From the NCBI GenBank assembly GCA_035602395.1, contig DATNMH010000037.1, positions 1,378 through 65,377 on the forward strand: a stretch of DNA of 64,000 nucleotides, in the 5' to 3' direction. The notes under the pieces are model-generated. The model had not been told where the DNA came from and ran no database searches. It saw only the letters and a list, made by a program, of their open reading frames with translations. The translations under genes and the position numbers were made by a program. The DNA is from Candidatus Acidiferrum sp. (GTDB taxonomy: Bacteria; Chloroflexota; Dormibacteria; CF-121). This document shows, piece after piece, positions 27,274-40,056 of the stretch; the stretch's first letter is position 1, and each line of letters opens with the position of its first letter.

Positions 27274-27948
27274 TCACGGGATCGCCTCGGGACCCTTGTC
27301 GACGTGGTTCTCGTAAAACTGGGTGATGGCGTTCTGGTCGTACGTATCGAGGAACTCGATGTAGTCCCAGGCAACCAGCGCCACTTTCTTCTGCATTCCC
27401 TGGCTGTACGGCGTGATCACCATCTTGACTTCGTTGTAGGTTGGCTCAACCGGAGCCAGGTTGGTCACGTAGTTCTCGAGCGAGTTCTTGAGGCTCGTGC
27501 AGTCGGCACCCGTCGAGCAGTTGTAGAGGATGGCAATCCCGCCGTGTTCGAGGTTGTGGATGTACTGGCCCTCGACCAGGGGGCTGCTGGAGGTACCGAT
27601 CGTCTTCCACGCCACCGGGGCGATCCCCTGCGCCGAATAGTGCGGCCCGGAGGCGGGCGGATAGAACTTGTACGTTGGATTGGTCGAGGGGTCCACGTGA
27701 TTTCGCCCCTCGTCAGGGACCGGGGTGCCGATGGTTCCACTGACCGGCTGAAATTGGATCCGGTTCGCTAGCGCCACTTTCGCCGCCTGCTGGAGGGCAA
27801 GCGCGACCACCAGGATGGCAACGGCGGCCGTGCCCAGGATCCCGGCGATGATGAACAGGTTCCGACGGTCGCGCGCCCGTTGGCGTGCGGCCGCCTCCTC
27901 ACGCTGCTGCTGGCGGAGGGCCTTCAGTTCCCGTTGGGTTCTGGACAC
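27274..27948 (-). CDS. DUF3105-family membrane-anchored protein
   Basis: N-terminal coiled/basic segment and one TM (LFIIAGILGTAAVAILVVALAL), then YSAQG...HNLEHGGIAILYNC...VALVAWD, which resembles the DUF3105 core as I recall it. Confidence 0.6.
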   Translation of the reverse strand: MSRTQRELKALRQQQREEAAARQRARDRRNLFIIAGILGTAAVAILVVALALQQAAKVALANRIQFQPVSGTIGTPVPDEGRNHVDPSTNPTYKFYPPASGPHYSAQGIAPVAWKTIGTSSSPLVEGQYIHNLEHGGIAILYNCSTGADCTSLKNSLENYVTNLAPVEPTYNEVKMVITPYSQGMQKKVALVAWDYIEFLDTYDQNAITQFYENHVDKGPEAIP

Positions 27949-27998
27949 TCTTCGCTATTCTCCCAAACCGGCCGAAAGACCAGACTCATGAAACGGCG

Positions 27999-29339
27999 TC
28001 AGCTCGCCGTGACGATCACGGGCGCCTGGTCTGAGCCGCCGGTGATCTGGGCGTTGCTGCTATTGCCCGATACGACATTGGGGTGCGGCCCGAGCGAGGC
28101 GCCGGCGACTTTGGCGGTAAACGTGATCACGAGGGTCGAGCCGTTGAAGCCGCCCCCCGGGACGCTGAACGGCCCCCATTGCGGGGTCGCACTTCCTGCC
28201 GCCGGCTGCAGTCGCGACCCGGCGTTTTGCCCGTTGATCACGATGCTGTTGGTGGACTGGAAAACAAAGCCCAGCGGTAGCGTGTCGGTCACCGTCACCC
28301 CTCTGGCGGCGTCGGCGCTGTCGTTCTCGACCGTGATCACGTACGCCACGGTCCCGTTCTGTGAGGCATAGGGTGCGGTCGGGGCAACCGTCATCGTGAT
28401 CGGGATGGTCGTCCCTTTGCCAACGGCCACCGGGGCCGTGTTGCCGATCGTCTGCGGCGGGACGTCTTTGGCGCTGGTCACGGCGACGGTCAGGTTGTAA
28501 AGTCCTGGCACCACGGCGGCCAGCACCCGGGCCTGGAAGGTCAGGCGCAGCAGTCCGGCCGCCCCATTGACCGCCCCCGGGATATCCCAGGAGGACCAGA
28601 CCGGCAGCAAGCTGTTCCCGGGCGGATCGACGGCCGATGTCCGCACACTGTTGCCTTCATACCCGGTGGTCGTCGTGTAGAGAAACCCGGGGGCGAGGCT
28701 GACCGAGACGACCACGCTCTTGGCCACCGCCGAGCCAACGTTGCTGACAGAGATGACGTAGGTTGCCGCACCGCCGGTCGTTACCTGCGCCGTCGCGGCC
28801 GCCGCCGCGACCGTCAGCGCCGGGCGCGGCTCGACCACAAGGCCCACCGGATCACCCTGGGCGGCGTCCGAAGCCAGTGAGGTGGTGATCTTGACCTTGT
28901 TCTGGTAATCGCCGGGCTTGACCGCCGCCTGGACTTTGAAGCTGAGGATTAGCGCGCTAACCGTATTGCCGTTGCCCGCCGGAATCGTGAACGTGCCCCA
29001 GACCGGATTGCCCTGCGCCGCCGGATCGCTGGTCGCGGTGCGGATGGCGTTGCCGCCGAGCGTTGTCAGTTCGTAATAACGAAAGCCGGCGGGCAGGACG
29101 TCCTCGACCGTGACGCCGCGGGCCGCCCCCGCGCCGGTATTGCGGATCGAGAGCGTGATCCCGACGAATACGCCGGGCGCAAGGTGGCTCTTGTGGTCGG
29201 AGGCACTCGGCGCATCGGTGCTCTGCGTGACGACCAACCGCGAGGCTTCCCCTGGCCCGCAGGCGGTCAACGCGGCGGAGCTGAGCAGCAGGAGGCTAGC
29301 GGTGACGGCGGCGGTGCTGAGACGTGTGCTGCATTTCAT
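27999..29339 (-). CDS. Lipoprotein with tandem DUF11-type (CARDB-like) repeat domains
   Basis: Lipobox LLSSAALTAC. Four repeats each carry a V(T/V)V.D.LP.GF.Y-like strand (VTVEDVLPAGFRY, VVVSVSLAPGFLY, VTVTDTLPLGFVF). Confidence 0.7.
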   Translation of the reverse strand: MKCSTRLSTAAVTASLLLLSSAALTACGPGEASRLVVTQSTDAPSASDHKSHLAPGVFVGITLSIRNTGAGAARGVTVEDVLPAGFRYYELTTLGGNAIRTATSDPAAQGNPVWGTFTIPAGNGNTVSALILSFKVQAAVKPGDYQNKVKITTSLASDAAQGDPVGLVVEPRPALTVAAAAATAQVTTGGAATYVISVSNVGSAVAKSVVVSVSLAPGFLYTTTTGYEGNSVRTSAVDPPGNSLLPVWSSWDIPGAVNGAAGLLRLTFQARVLAAVVPGLYNLTVAVTSAKDVPPQTIGNTAPVAVGKGTTIPITMTVAPTAPYASQNGTVAYVITVENDSADAARGVTVTDTLPLGFVFQSTNSIVINGQNAGSRLQPAAGSATPQWGPFSVPGGGFNGSTLVITFTAKVAGASLGPHPNVVSGNSSNAQITGGSDQAPVIVTAS

Positions 29340-29922
29340 CCGGATTGTTCGCCGGAACCGGGATCCCGCATTCGCCCAGCAACCGCGTCAGCAGGCGCAT
29401 CGGCATCCCGACGACGTTGTCATACGGCCCGCGGATCGATGCGATCAGGCGCCGGCCCTTGCCCTGTATAGCGTAGGCACCGGCTTTATCCTGCGGTTCA
29501 CCGGTTCGGACGTAGGCGGCGATCTCGCTCGACGAAAGTTCACGCATAGTGACATGCGTCCGCGAAATGCCTTGCGCTCGCCGGCCAGAGCGCCCATCGA
29601 TCACCTGGACCGCGGTGTAGACCTGGTGCGTCTTCCCCGATAGCGCGCGCAAAAAGGCGGCGGCCTCCGCGCGATCCTTTGGCTTTCCGAAGATTCGCCC
29701 GCGCAAGACGACCTCGGTGTCGGCAGCCACGACGACTCGGCCTGCCGCCCTCGCGGCGACCGCCTCGGCCTTCGCTTTCGCCGCCCAGGCGACAAAGCGC
29801 ACCGGCCCGAGCGGCACCGGCGGCCGCTCATCGATGCCGGGCGCCAGCGCGCGAAACGGGATGCCGGACCGCGTGAGAATGTCCATCCGTCGCGCCGAGG
29901 TCGACGCCAGCAGGATGATCAA
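29296..29922 (-). CDS. maf: Maf-like nucleoside-triphosphate pyrophosphatase
   Basis: (L)IILLASTSARRMDILTRSGIPF...VVAADTEVVL...KAGAYAIQG. The TTG start at 29922 overlaps the upstream stop (TTGA). The first ~95 aa of the track ORF overlap the upstream membrane gene and are rejected. Confidence 0.85.
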   Translation of the reverse strand: MIILLASTSARRMDILTRSGIPFRALAPGIDERPPVPLGPVRFVAWAAKAKAEAVAARAAGRVVVAADTEVVLRGRIFGKPKDRAEAAAFLRALSGKTHQVYTAVQVIDGRSGRRAQGISRTHVTMRELSSSEIAAYVRTGEPQDKAGAYAIQGKGRRLIASIRGPYDNVVGMPMRLLTRLLGECGIPVPANNPDEMQHTSQHRRRHR

Positions 29923-31487
29923 CGAGCCAGTTGGATCATCCGCAACACCAGGGCCGGGGCGATGCCGCAGCCGATCGATAGCGCCGGGCCCACCCACTGC
30001 AACGCCGACCGCGGCCGAACCGAAGTCGTTACGGCGTGGCGATCGACGAGCGGGGCCAGCTGCAATGCCGCGAGCAACGCCGACGCGAGCAAGCCGAGCG
30101 CCAACCCTGCCTGGAGGGCGGCGATCACCGTGATGGTCGCGGCGGCGAAGGTGATCGATCCTGGCCAGTTGGAACGCGCCAGCACGACCAGCCGCGACCA
30201 CGGCGAAGCGGGCGCTGGGATGTCATCGATGCGAACGATGGCTGCGTCGATCAGGAGGAGCACGGCGGCAAGCGTGCCGAGACCGAGGGCATCGCGGGCG
30301 CTGATCGCTACGATCAGGAGCGCCGCGATCAAGCCGTCGCGCAGCACCTCGCGCCCACCGGTGTCCGCCGGCAACCAGGTCAACGCCGTGCGCGCGACGA
30401 GGAGCAGGGCGCCGACCGCGGCGATCCATTGGAAGCGGACCAGCCCGGCGACGTTGACCGACCCGAGCGCCAGCATTACGACCAGCGCGGTCGTCGGCAG
30501 CACGAGCACGCGCAGCGTCGCCGCGCGCGCGGCGAACAGCATCACGACCAGGCCGGCGGCCAGCGCCACCACCTGCACCCGGGCGCTCCATGAGGGCGCC
30601 GCCAGCGGCAGCAGCACGGAGGTCATCGCGAGGGCGCCGACCGCCAGCCATGCCGGACGTTCGCCGCGCCGATCGAAGGTCGTGGCCACCGCGATCAATC
30701 CCGCGAGCGCGGCCCATCGAAGACCTGGCGCGGCGGCCGCGAGCGTCAGAACGCCAAGTGCGGCGGCCCACTCGATGCCGATTGGGGTGGCGGCCGCCCC
30801 CGCGACCAGGAGGATCGCCGCACCCACCAGCATCAGGCTGCTGACATTCAGCCCGATGTCGGACAGGACCAGGACGACATTCACGGCAGCCAGGGCCGCG
30901 ACCAGCGCCGCCGCCGCGGCGAGCATCAGCAGCAGCGCACTCAACGCCGGGCGAAGACGGCCGGGCAGACGCCAGTGCTCGCCTGCGATCGGCATCAGCG
31001 CCATCGCCCCAGCGAGCGCCGCGGTCAGCGGCCCGGCGGGGACCGCGGCCAGGAGGATCGCCGCCGTCGCTGCGACCATCAGCGCCTGGCCTTGCAGCCG
31101 CTCAGGTTGGTCAATCGGGCTGATAAACCAGGCCGCGCCGAGCGCGCCCAGAACCCACGGCACGGCGCTCAGCAGGACGGGGTTCTCGCCGACCGGCAAT
31201 CGTGATGCGAGGAAAATCGCGACGACCAGCGCGCCGACGATGGTGATCACGCGCCGGGTCAGCCCTTCGAAGCTCGATCGGGCCCGCGCGCCGCGGCGCG
31301 GGACGAGCAGCGTCGCCACGATGGGACCGATGGCCCAGGCCATCAGACTCGGGTCGACCAGCAGCGCGAGCGACCACGCCGCCGCCAGCACCGCCGCAAT
31401 CGTCGCCGCCTGTCGCGGCCGGCCCACGGTGCCATAGGCCACCAGCAGGCTGACCGCGAACAGGGCTGCGGGCAGATAGAGGATCAT
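29919..31487 (-). CDS. Polytopic Ala/Leu-rich membrane protein of unknown function (522 aa)
   Basis: At least 12 hydrophobic segments by eye. ATGA-coupled to the upstream 520-aa gene and TTGA-coupled to maf. No family motif was recognised. Confidence 0.55.
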   Translation of the reverse strand: MILYLPAALFAVSLLVAYGTVGRPRQAATIAAVLAAAWSLALLVDPSLMAWAIGPIVATLLVPRRGARARSSFEGLTRRVITIVGALVVAIFLASRLPVGENPVLLSAVPWVLGALGAAWFISPIDQPERLQGQALMVAATAAILLAAVPAGPLTAALAGAMALMPIAGEHWRLPGRLRPALSALLLMLAAAAALVAALAAVNVVLVLSDIGLNVSSLMLVGAAILLVAGAAATPIGIEWAAALGVLTLAAAAPGLRWAALAGLIAVATTFDRRGERPAWLAVGALAMTSVLLPLAAPSWSARVQVVALAAGLVVMLFAARAATLRVLVLPTTALVVMLALGSVNVAGLVRFQWIAAVGALLLVARTALTWLPADTGGREVLRDGLIAALLIVAISARDALGLGTLAAVLLLIDAAIVRIDDIPAPASPWSRLVVLARSNWPGSITFAAATITVIAALQAGLALGLLASALLAALQLAPLVDRHAVTTSVRPRSALQWVGPALSIGCGIAPALVLRMIQLAR

Positions 31488-33046
31488 GGCCGGGTCGCGA
31501 CCGCGCCGACGACGGCGGCGAAGGCCCCCCAGAGGACAACGTGACTCCAGGACGGCAACCTGGGCAGCCGGGGGAGTGCCGGCATAAATGACGGATAGCC
31601 CGGTTCACGGCCGGCACCGCCCGCGCGCAAGGGGAACCGCCCCTGGAGGCGCCAGCCCATCAGCCCGAGCAGGAGGCCGACGACCACCGACACCACGAGC
31701 GCGGGCCAGGCCCCAAAATCGGTGGTGAGCCCGAAGGGGCTGACGCCGATCATCCCCCGGGGGACGAGGCGGACAGTCGCCGCGGCGGGAACGACCAGCG
31801 TGCCGATCGCGATGATCGGAAAAGCGGCGGCCAGCAGCAACACCCCCGCCCATACGGTCGCGACGTCGAACCGGCGGGGTCGCCGCACCGGCCCGTGACT
31901 GAGGGCCGCGAGCGCCGACACGACGACCACCAGCCCGACCGGGATCATCGCGAAGAGCAGCCCACGCTCGTTCAGGGCAAGAGCGCCAAGCCAAAGGCCC
32001 ACGAAGGCGAGGCTCCCGGGAACCATCGCCAGGCTCAGGAGCGTCAGCGCTTCCGGCGTCGACCCGTCACGGGGGCGAACCGAGGCCACGCCGGCCACCG
32101 GCACCAGCGTCAACCAGAGCCACGTGCTCGCCACGGTCATTAGCGGTTGATCGCCGGTCGACAGCGCGATGGCGAGCCCGGCTTGCGCCGCCAGCAATAA
32201 GCCCGCGAGCCGCGGTCCGGCGCGCGTAAAGAGCGCAAGGCCCGCGAAAATCAGCGCGCCGATCACCCCCACCGCGAACAACACGACCGCGGTCGCCCGG
32301 TCCGGAAGCCGGCCGCCCATCAGCGCCAGTAAGCGCAACAGCAGGTATCCCGCGGGCGCCACCCACGCGATCGCGGGCTCGAACGCCACCGCCGCCTTGG
32401 GCCCGCCCCAGACGCGGGTAAGCGCAAGGGTTCGGACCATGACTGGCAGCAGCACGAGCACAAACGTCGCCAGCCCGAAGGTGTCCGAGGGCACACCGGA
32501 GAAGGCGCTCGTGCCCACCGATTGGATCGCGCTGGCCGCCGCCAGCAGCAGGCCGATGTCGGCCACCTGGACGACCAGTCGCAGGCCCCGCCGGCGCGGC
32601 GAGGCTTCGTCGAGCGCCCCGCTCCATGCCAGGGTGAGGAGCTGAAGCGCGATGTAGACGAGCAGCAGGTTGTCGGCGAGGATGACGGCGCAGGTCGCCG
32701 CACTCGTGAGCAACCAGCCGGCCCATGGGTCCCGGCGGTCGCCCGGGACGCGCTGCCTGGCCAGCATCAGCAGCGCCGCCGTGATCAGCACGATGGCGGC
32801 GAAGGCGAGCGAGAGCCCATCGAGACGAATACTGAGGTCGGCGTAGGGAAAAGTGGTCAGGTAGAGAACGTCGACGTGTTCGCCGGGAGAAAGGCGGAGC
32901 AGCTCCACCAGGGCGATGAGCCCCGCGAGTCCGGTGGCGCCGGCCGCGATCCAACCGTTGCCCTCGCGGCGAGGTGGCTGTCGCACGATCGCGGCGGCTC
33001 CCAGCAGGGCGATAAATGGGAGCAGCGCCTGTAGCGCTAACGGCAT
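31484..33046 (-). CDS. Degenerate NuoL/NuoM/MrpA-like (proton-antiporter-module-like) membrane protein (520 aa)
   Basis: The N-terminal third follows the complex I antiporter-subunit layout: ...DLSIRLDGLSLAFAAIVLITAALLMLA..., ILADNLLLVYIALQLLTLAWSG (cf. the ADNLLxLFxxWExxG block) and LLPVMVRTLALTRVWGGPKAAVAFEPAIAWVAPAGYLLLRL (cf. GKSAQFPLHxWLPDAMxxPTPVSALxHAATMVxAGxYLLxR). Key charged residues are substituted. Confidence 0.5.
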   Translation of the reverse strand: MPLALQALLPFIALLGAAAIVRQPPRREGNGWIAAGATGLAGLIALVELLRLSPGEHVDVLYLTTFPYADLSIRLDGLSLAFAAIVLITAALLMLARQRVPGDRRDPWAGWLLTSAATCAVILADNLLLVYIALQLLTLAWSGALDEASPRRRGLRLVVQVADIGLLLAAASAIQSVGTSAFSGVPSDTFGLATFVLVLLPVMVRTLALTRVWGGPKAAVAFEPAIAWVAPAGYLLLRLLALMGGRLPDRATAVVLFAVGVIGALIFAGLALFTRAGPRLAGLLLAAQAGLAIALSTGDQPLMTVASTWLWLTLVPVAGVASVRPRDGSTPEALTLLSLAMVPGSLAFVGLWLGALALNERGLLFAMIPVGLVVVVSALAALSHGPVRRPRRFDVATVWAGVLLLAAAFPIIAIGTLVVPAAATVRLVPRGMIGVSPFGLTTDFGAWPALVVSVVVGLLLGLMGWRLQGRFPLRAGGAGREPGYPSFMPALPRLPRLPSWSHVVLWGAFAAVVGAVATRP

Positions 33047-33090
33047 GTCTACTGGGTTAGCAGCTCAGCGAACCCGCCGGGCGAGCGGGG

Positions 33091-33561
33091 CTACCGAGCG
33101 ATGCGCGGCGTCGAGGAAACGGGCCCCTGGAGGGGGACTTCCTCGGCGCAATAGGGGCACACGCTCCATCCGAGCTTGAGCTGCTTGTTGCACCGTGGGC
33201 AGAGTTTACTGAACTGTGTCTTGCAGTGCGGACAGAGCACGTACTGCGAATCGATCGGCTCGCCGCAGCTGGGGCACGGCCGCAGCTCGCGCGCGGGACC
33301 GCCCGGCTCCGAGAGCGCTTGCGTCTCCAGCTCGAGCGCCCGGCGCTCCGCCATCGTCAGCGGCGGCCGGATGATCATGTAGATGAACAGCCCGAAGATA
33401 GGCAGCACCAGCGACAGGCCGGTGGCGAAGACATGAAAGAGCACGCTGTTGGAGCGCTCCCGGGCGTCCCTGAACGCCCAGTAGGAGAGGCTGAGCCAGA
33501 AGGCCAGCAGGTAAAAGATCACGATGTAGAGCAGCGGTTTTAGCGACGTTAGGTTGGGCAA
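33091..33561 (-). CDS. Membrane protein with an N-terminal two-TM (PLD-N-like) module and a C-terminal double zinc ribbon
   Basis: TTG start with a GAGGAGG SD. Two TMs (LLYIVIFYLLAFWLSLSYWAF, GLSLVLPIFGLFIYMII), then CPSCGEPIDSQYVLCPHC...CPRCNKQLKLGWSVCPYC. Confidence 0.65.
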   Translation of the reverse strand: MPNLTSLKPLLYIVIFYLLAFWLSLSYWAFRDARERSNSVLFHVFATGLSLVLPIFGLFIYMIIRPPLTMAERRALELETQALSEPGGPARELRPCPSCGEPIDSQYVLCPHCKTQFSKLCPRCNKQLKLGWSVCPYCAEEVPLQGPVSSTPRIAR

Positions 33562-33600
33562 GGCGCCTCCTCAGCAATCAGGGAATTTAACTCCGCTACC

Positions 33601-36204
33601 TTACCCTAATTCGGCCGCTTCGCCCAAGAGGCCTCGTAGCCGCTCCGCCGCCTGCTGCGCCTGGAGAAGGCGCGCCCGCTCTCGCTCCACCACTGCCTGT
33701 GGCGCTTTCCCGGTGAAGGCCGGGTTGCGCAACTTCCCCTCCAGGAACTGGATCTCCTGCTCTTTCTTTTGCAGCTCGGCCCGCAGCCGCTGGGCATCCG
33801 AGCCGCCGCCCGCCGGCAGCCCGAGGCGCACGGTGGTCGCGCCGACCACGACCACCGCCTGGGGCGCCCCCTCGGGGAGCTTGCCATTGAGCTCCAGCTG
33901 CGCCAGGGTAGCGAGGTAGCGGCGGCCGATCGGCTCTGTCAGAAGCGGCCGGGGTGAGCTGATCTCGGCCGGTTGCCGGCGGGCGCGCGGATCGGCGCTG
34001 TGCCGCACGTTGCGCACCGCCCGGACCACCTCCCGCAGGTGCGCCATCTCCTCCATCAACTTCTGGTCTTCGATCGTCTCGTCGGGCAAGGGCCAGGGCG
34101 CGTACATGATCGTCTCGCCCTCGTGCGGCAGCCGCTGCCACAGCTCCTCGGTCACGAACGGCATCACCGGATGCAGCAGCCGGAGAATTGTTTCCAGCAC
34201 ATTGACCGCGACCGATAGCGCGGTCGCGGTGGACTGGTCGCCAGTCTGCAGTCGCGGCTTGATCAACTCGAGGTAGTCGTCCGCCACCTCCTTCCAGGCA
34301 AAGTCGTACAGAGCCTCGATCGCCGGACCAAACTCGAGCCGCTCAAACGATGACGTGACCAACCGCGTAACCGCGCTCAACCGGCCCAAGATCCACAGAT
34401 CCGCCGGCTCCAGCTCTGCCTCATCGATCGGCATGGGCGCCGCGCCCTCCGGTAATTTGAACAACAGCAGGCGCGTCGCGTTCCAGAGCTTGTTGGCAAA
34501 GCGCTGGTACGACTCGATCTTCTCTTCCGAGAAACGGATGTCCTGCCCGCCGGTGCCAAAGTAGGCGGCCCAGGCACGGGTCGCGTCGGCGCCGAAGCGC
34601 TCGATGAGATCCAGCGGGTCGAGTCCGGTGCCGAGCGACTTGCTCATCCGCCGCCCGTCCGGCGCCAGCACGGTGCCGTGGATCAGGACGTCGGAGAAGG
34701 GGACCACGTTCAGGAAATGCAGGCTCATGAAGACCATGCGCGCCACCCACAGGTAGAGGATGTCGCGCGCCGTGTCCAGCACCTGCGTCGGGTAGAAGCG
34801 GCGCAGGTCCCCCGTGTCATTCGGCCATCCCAGGGTGACGAACGGCCACAGTGATGACGAGAACCAGGTGTCGAGCACATCGGGATCCTGCGTGAGGTGC
34901 CGGTCACCGCACTGCTCGCATTCCGTCGGGTCTTTCAGATAGGCGATGGCGTGACCGTTAGCGCAGGTCCACACCGGAATGCGATGGCCCAACCACAGCT
35001 GGCGCGAAATGTTCCAGTCGCGGATGTTGTGCATCCAGCGCAGGTACTGCTCGCGCCAGCGCTCCGGGTGGAAGCGGAGGACATCGGTCTCGGCCACGGC
35101 AATCGCCGGCCCCGCCAGTGGTTTCATCTTGACCCACCACTGGGCCGACACCAGCGGCTCGATCACAGCGCCGCATCGGTCGCAGTGACCGACCGAGTGG
35201 CGGTAGGGCTCGATCTTTTGCAACGCAGCCTCGGCGCGCAGCATCTCGACGATGCGCTCGCGTGCCTTGGGCACCGGTAGTCCATCGAGCTCGGGGACTT
35301 CCGGGATGTTCATGCTGCCGTCGAGATGGAGGATGGTGCGGACCTCGAGGTGATGGCGTTCACCGATTTCGTAATCGGTGACATCGTGTCCGGGGGTCAC
35401 CTTGACGGCGCCGGTGCCAAACTCCTGGTCGACGGCGTCGTCGGCGACGATCGGCACCCGGCGGTGCACGATCGGCAGCGTCACCGACTTCCCGATCAGG
35501 TCCTTGTAGCGCCAGTCATCGGGGTGGACGGCGACTGCCGTATCACCGACCATGGTTTCCGGCCGCGCGGTCGCGACCGAGATCACGCCGCCGCCATCGA
35601 CCGGGTAGTCGAGGTAATAAAGGTGACCGTCGGTCTCCTCGTACTGGACCTCGAGGTCCGAGATCGCGCTCTGGTCGTGCGGACACCAGTTGACGATCCG
35701 CGGGCCGCGGTAGATGAGCCCCTCTTTCCAGAGCCGCACGAAGACGTAACGGATCGCCTCGACATAGGTCGGATCCATGGTGAAGCGAATGCGCGACCAG
35801 TCGGCGGAGAAGCCGAGTCGTCGCATCTGCTGCAGGATGGTGTGGCCGGTGGTCTCATACCATTCCGCGACCAGCTTGTCCCAGGCCTCGCGTCCGATCT
35901 TCTCTTTGGTCGTGCCTTTCTTCGCCAGCTGTTTCTCGAGCACATTCTGCGTTGCGATCGCCGCATGATCCGTGCCCGGCACCCATAGCACGGCATCGCC
36001 AAGCATCCGATGCCAGCGAATCAATACATCCTGCAGCGTGTACATCGCGTGCCCCATGTGCAGGTCGCCGGTGATGTTCGGCGGCGGCATCGAGATGGTG
36101 AAGGTCTTGCCGGTCAGGCTCTCCCGCGGTTTGAAGTAGCCGCGCTCATCCCAGATGGCGTACCAGCGCTGCTCGACGATCTTGGGGTCGTAGCGCGTCT
36201 CCAT
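33601..36204 (-). CDS. valS: Valyl-tRNA synthetase
   Basis: PPPNITGDLHMGHA (HIGH), GRRMSKSLGTG (KMSKS), a CP1 editing region, and a C-terminal coiled coil. Confidence 0.97.
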   Translation of the reverse strand: METRYDPKIVEQRWYAIWDERGYFKPRESLTGKTFTISMPPPNITGDLHMGHAMYTLQDVLIRWHRMLGDAVLWVPGTDHAAIATQNVLEKQLAKKGTTKEKIGREAWDKLVAEWYETTGHTILQQMRRLGFSADWSRIRFTMDPTYVEAIRYVFVRLWKEGLIYRGPRIVNWCPHDQSAISDLEVQYEETDGHLYYLDYPVDGGGVISVATARPETMVGDTAVAVHPDDWRYKDLIGKSVTLPIVHRRVPIVADDAVDQEFGTGAVKVTPGHDVTDYEIGERHHLEVRTILHLDGSMNIPEVPELDGLPVPKARERIVEMLRAEAALQKIEPYRHSVGHCDRCGAVIEPLVSAQWWVKMKPLAGPAIAVAETDVLRFHPERWREQYLRWMHNIRDWNISRQLWLGHRIPVWTCANGHAIAYLKDPTECEQCGDRHLTQDPDVLDTWFSSSLWPFVTLGWPNDTGDLRRFYPTQVLDTARDILYLWVARMVFMSLHFLNVVPFSDVLIHGTVLAPDGRRMSKSLGTGLDPLDLIERFGADATRAWAAYFGTGGQDIRFSEEKIESYQRFANKLWNATRLLLFKLPEGAAPMPIDEAELEPADLWILGRLSAVTRLVTSSFERLEFGPAIEALYDFAWKEVADDYLELIKPRLQTGDQSTATALSVAVNVLETILRLLHPVMPFVTEELWQRLPHEGETIMYAPWPLPDETIEDQKLMEEMAHLREVVRAVRNVRHSADPRARRQPAEISSPRPLLTEPIGRRYLATLAQLELNGKLPEGAPQAVVVVGATTVRLGLPAGGGSDAQRLRAELQKKEQEIQFLEGKLRNPAFTGKAPQAVVERERARLLQAQQAAERLRGLLGEAAELG

Positions 36205-36213
36205 CGTTGGGCT

Positions 36214-36219
36214 AGTCTA
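36214..36219 (-). promoter_or_regulatory. Candidate -10 box TAGACT 9 nt upstream of the valS ATG
   Basis: The minus strand reads GGGTAGACTAGCCCAACGATG. It shares the TAGACTAGC string seen at ftsH. There is no SD and no convincing -35. Confidence 0.25.
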
Positions 36220-36240
36220 CCCAGCCACGCTTTCATATTC

Positions 36241-36334
36241 CCCTCCCCCGCGTACGGGGCGGGCCCGTCGGCCCACGCGAGCGGCGCTTTAGTGCCAGGC
36301 GAGCGTTTGAGACGTTCGGGGCAGGGTGGGGGCT
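36241..36334. repeat. Composite GC-rich repeat (modules X-Y-Z-W) in the lon2/valS intergenic region
   Basis: X is ccctcccccgcgtacggggcggg (36241-36263). Y is ggcccacgcgagcggcgc (36270-36287). Z is agtgccaggcgagcgtttgagacgtt (36291-36316). W is gcagggtgggggct (36321-36334). Y and Z match 5375-5448, and X and W match 57371-57407. Confidence 0.8.
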
Positions 36335-36335
36335 T

Positions 36336-38774
<2,439 letters not shown>

Positions 38775-38784
38775 ACGCTGATCC

Positions 38785-40052
<1,268 letters not shown>

Positions 40053-40056
<4 letters not shown>

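Noticed and set aside
29962-31437. 491-aa plus-strand ORF antisense to the 522-aa membrane-protein gene
   Set aside because: It is an Ala/Ser/Arg/Thr low-complexity mirror of an Ala/Leu-rich gene. The minus-strand frame is embedded in an overlap-coupled operon (ATGA/TTGA junctions), which supports that frame instead.
36205-36335. T-box or other riboswitch leader upstream of valS (and likewise upstream of leuS)
   Set aside because: Only ~130 nt are available and these are occupied by the repeat modules. No specifier-loop/T-box (..GGUGGUACCGCG..-type) sequence was seen. The -10-like box lies 9 nt from the ATG, leaving no leader.
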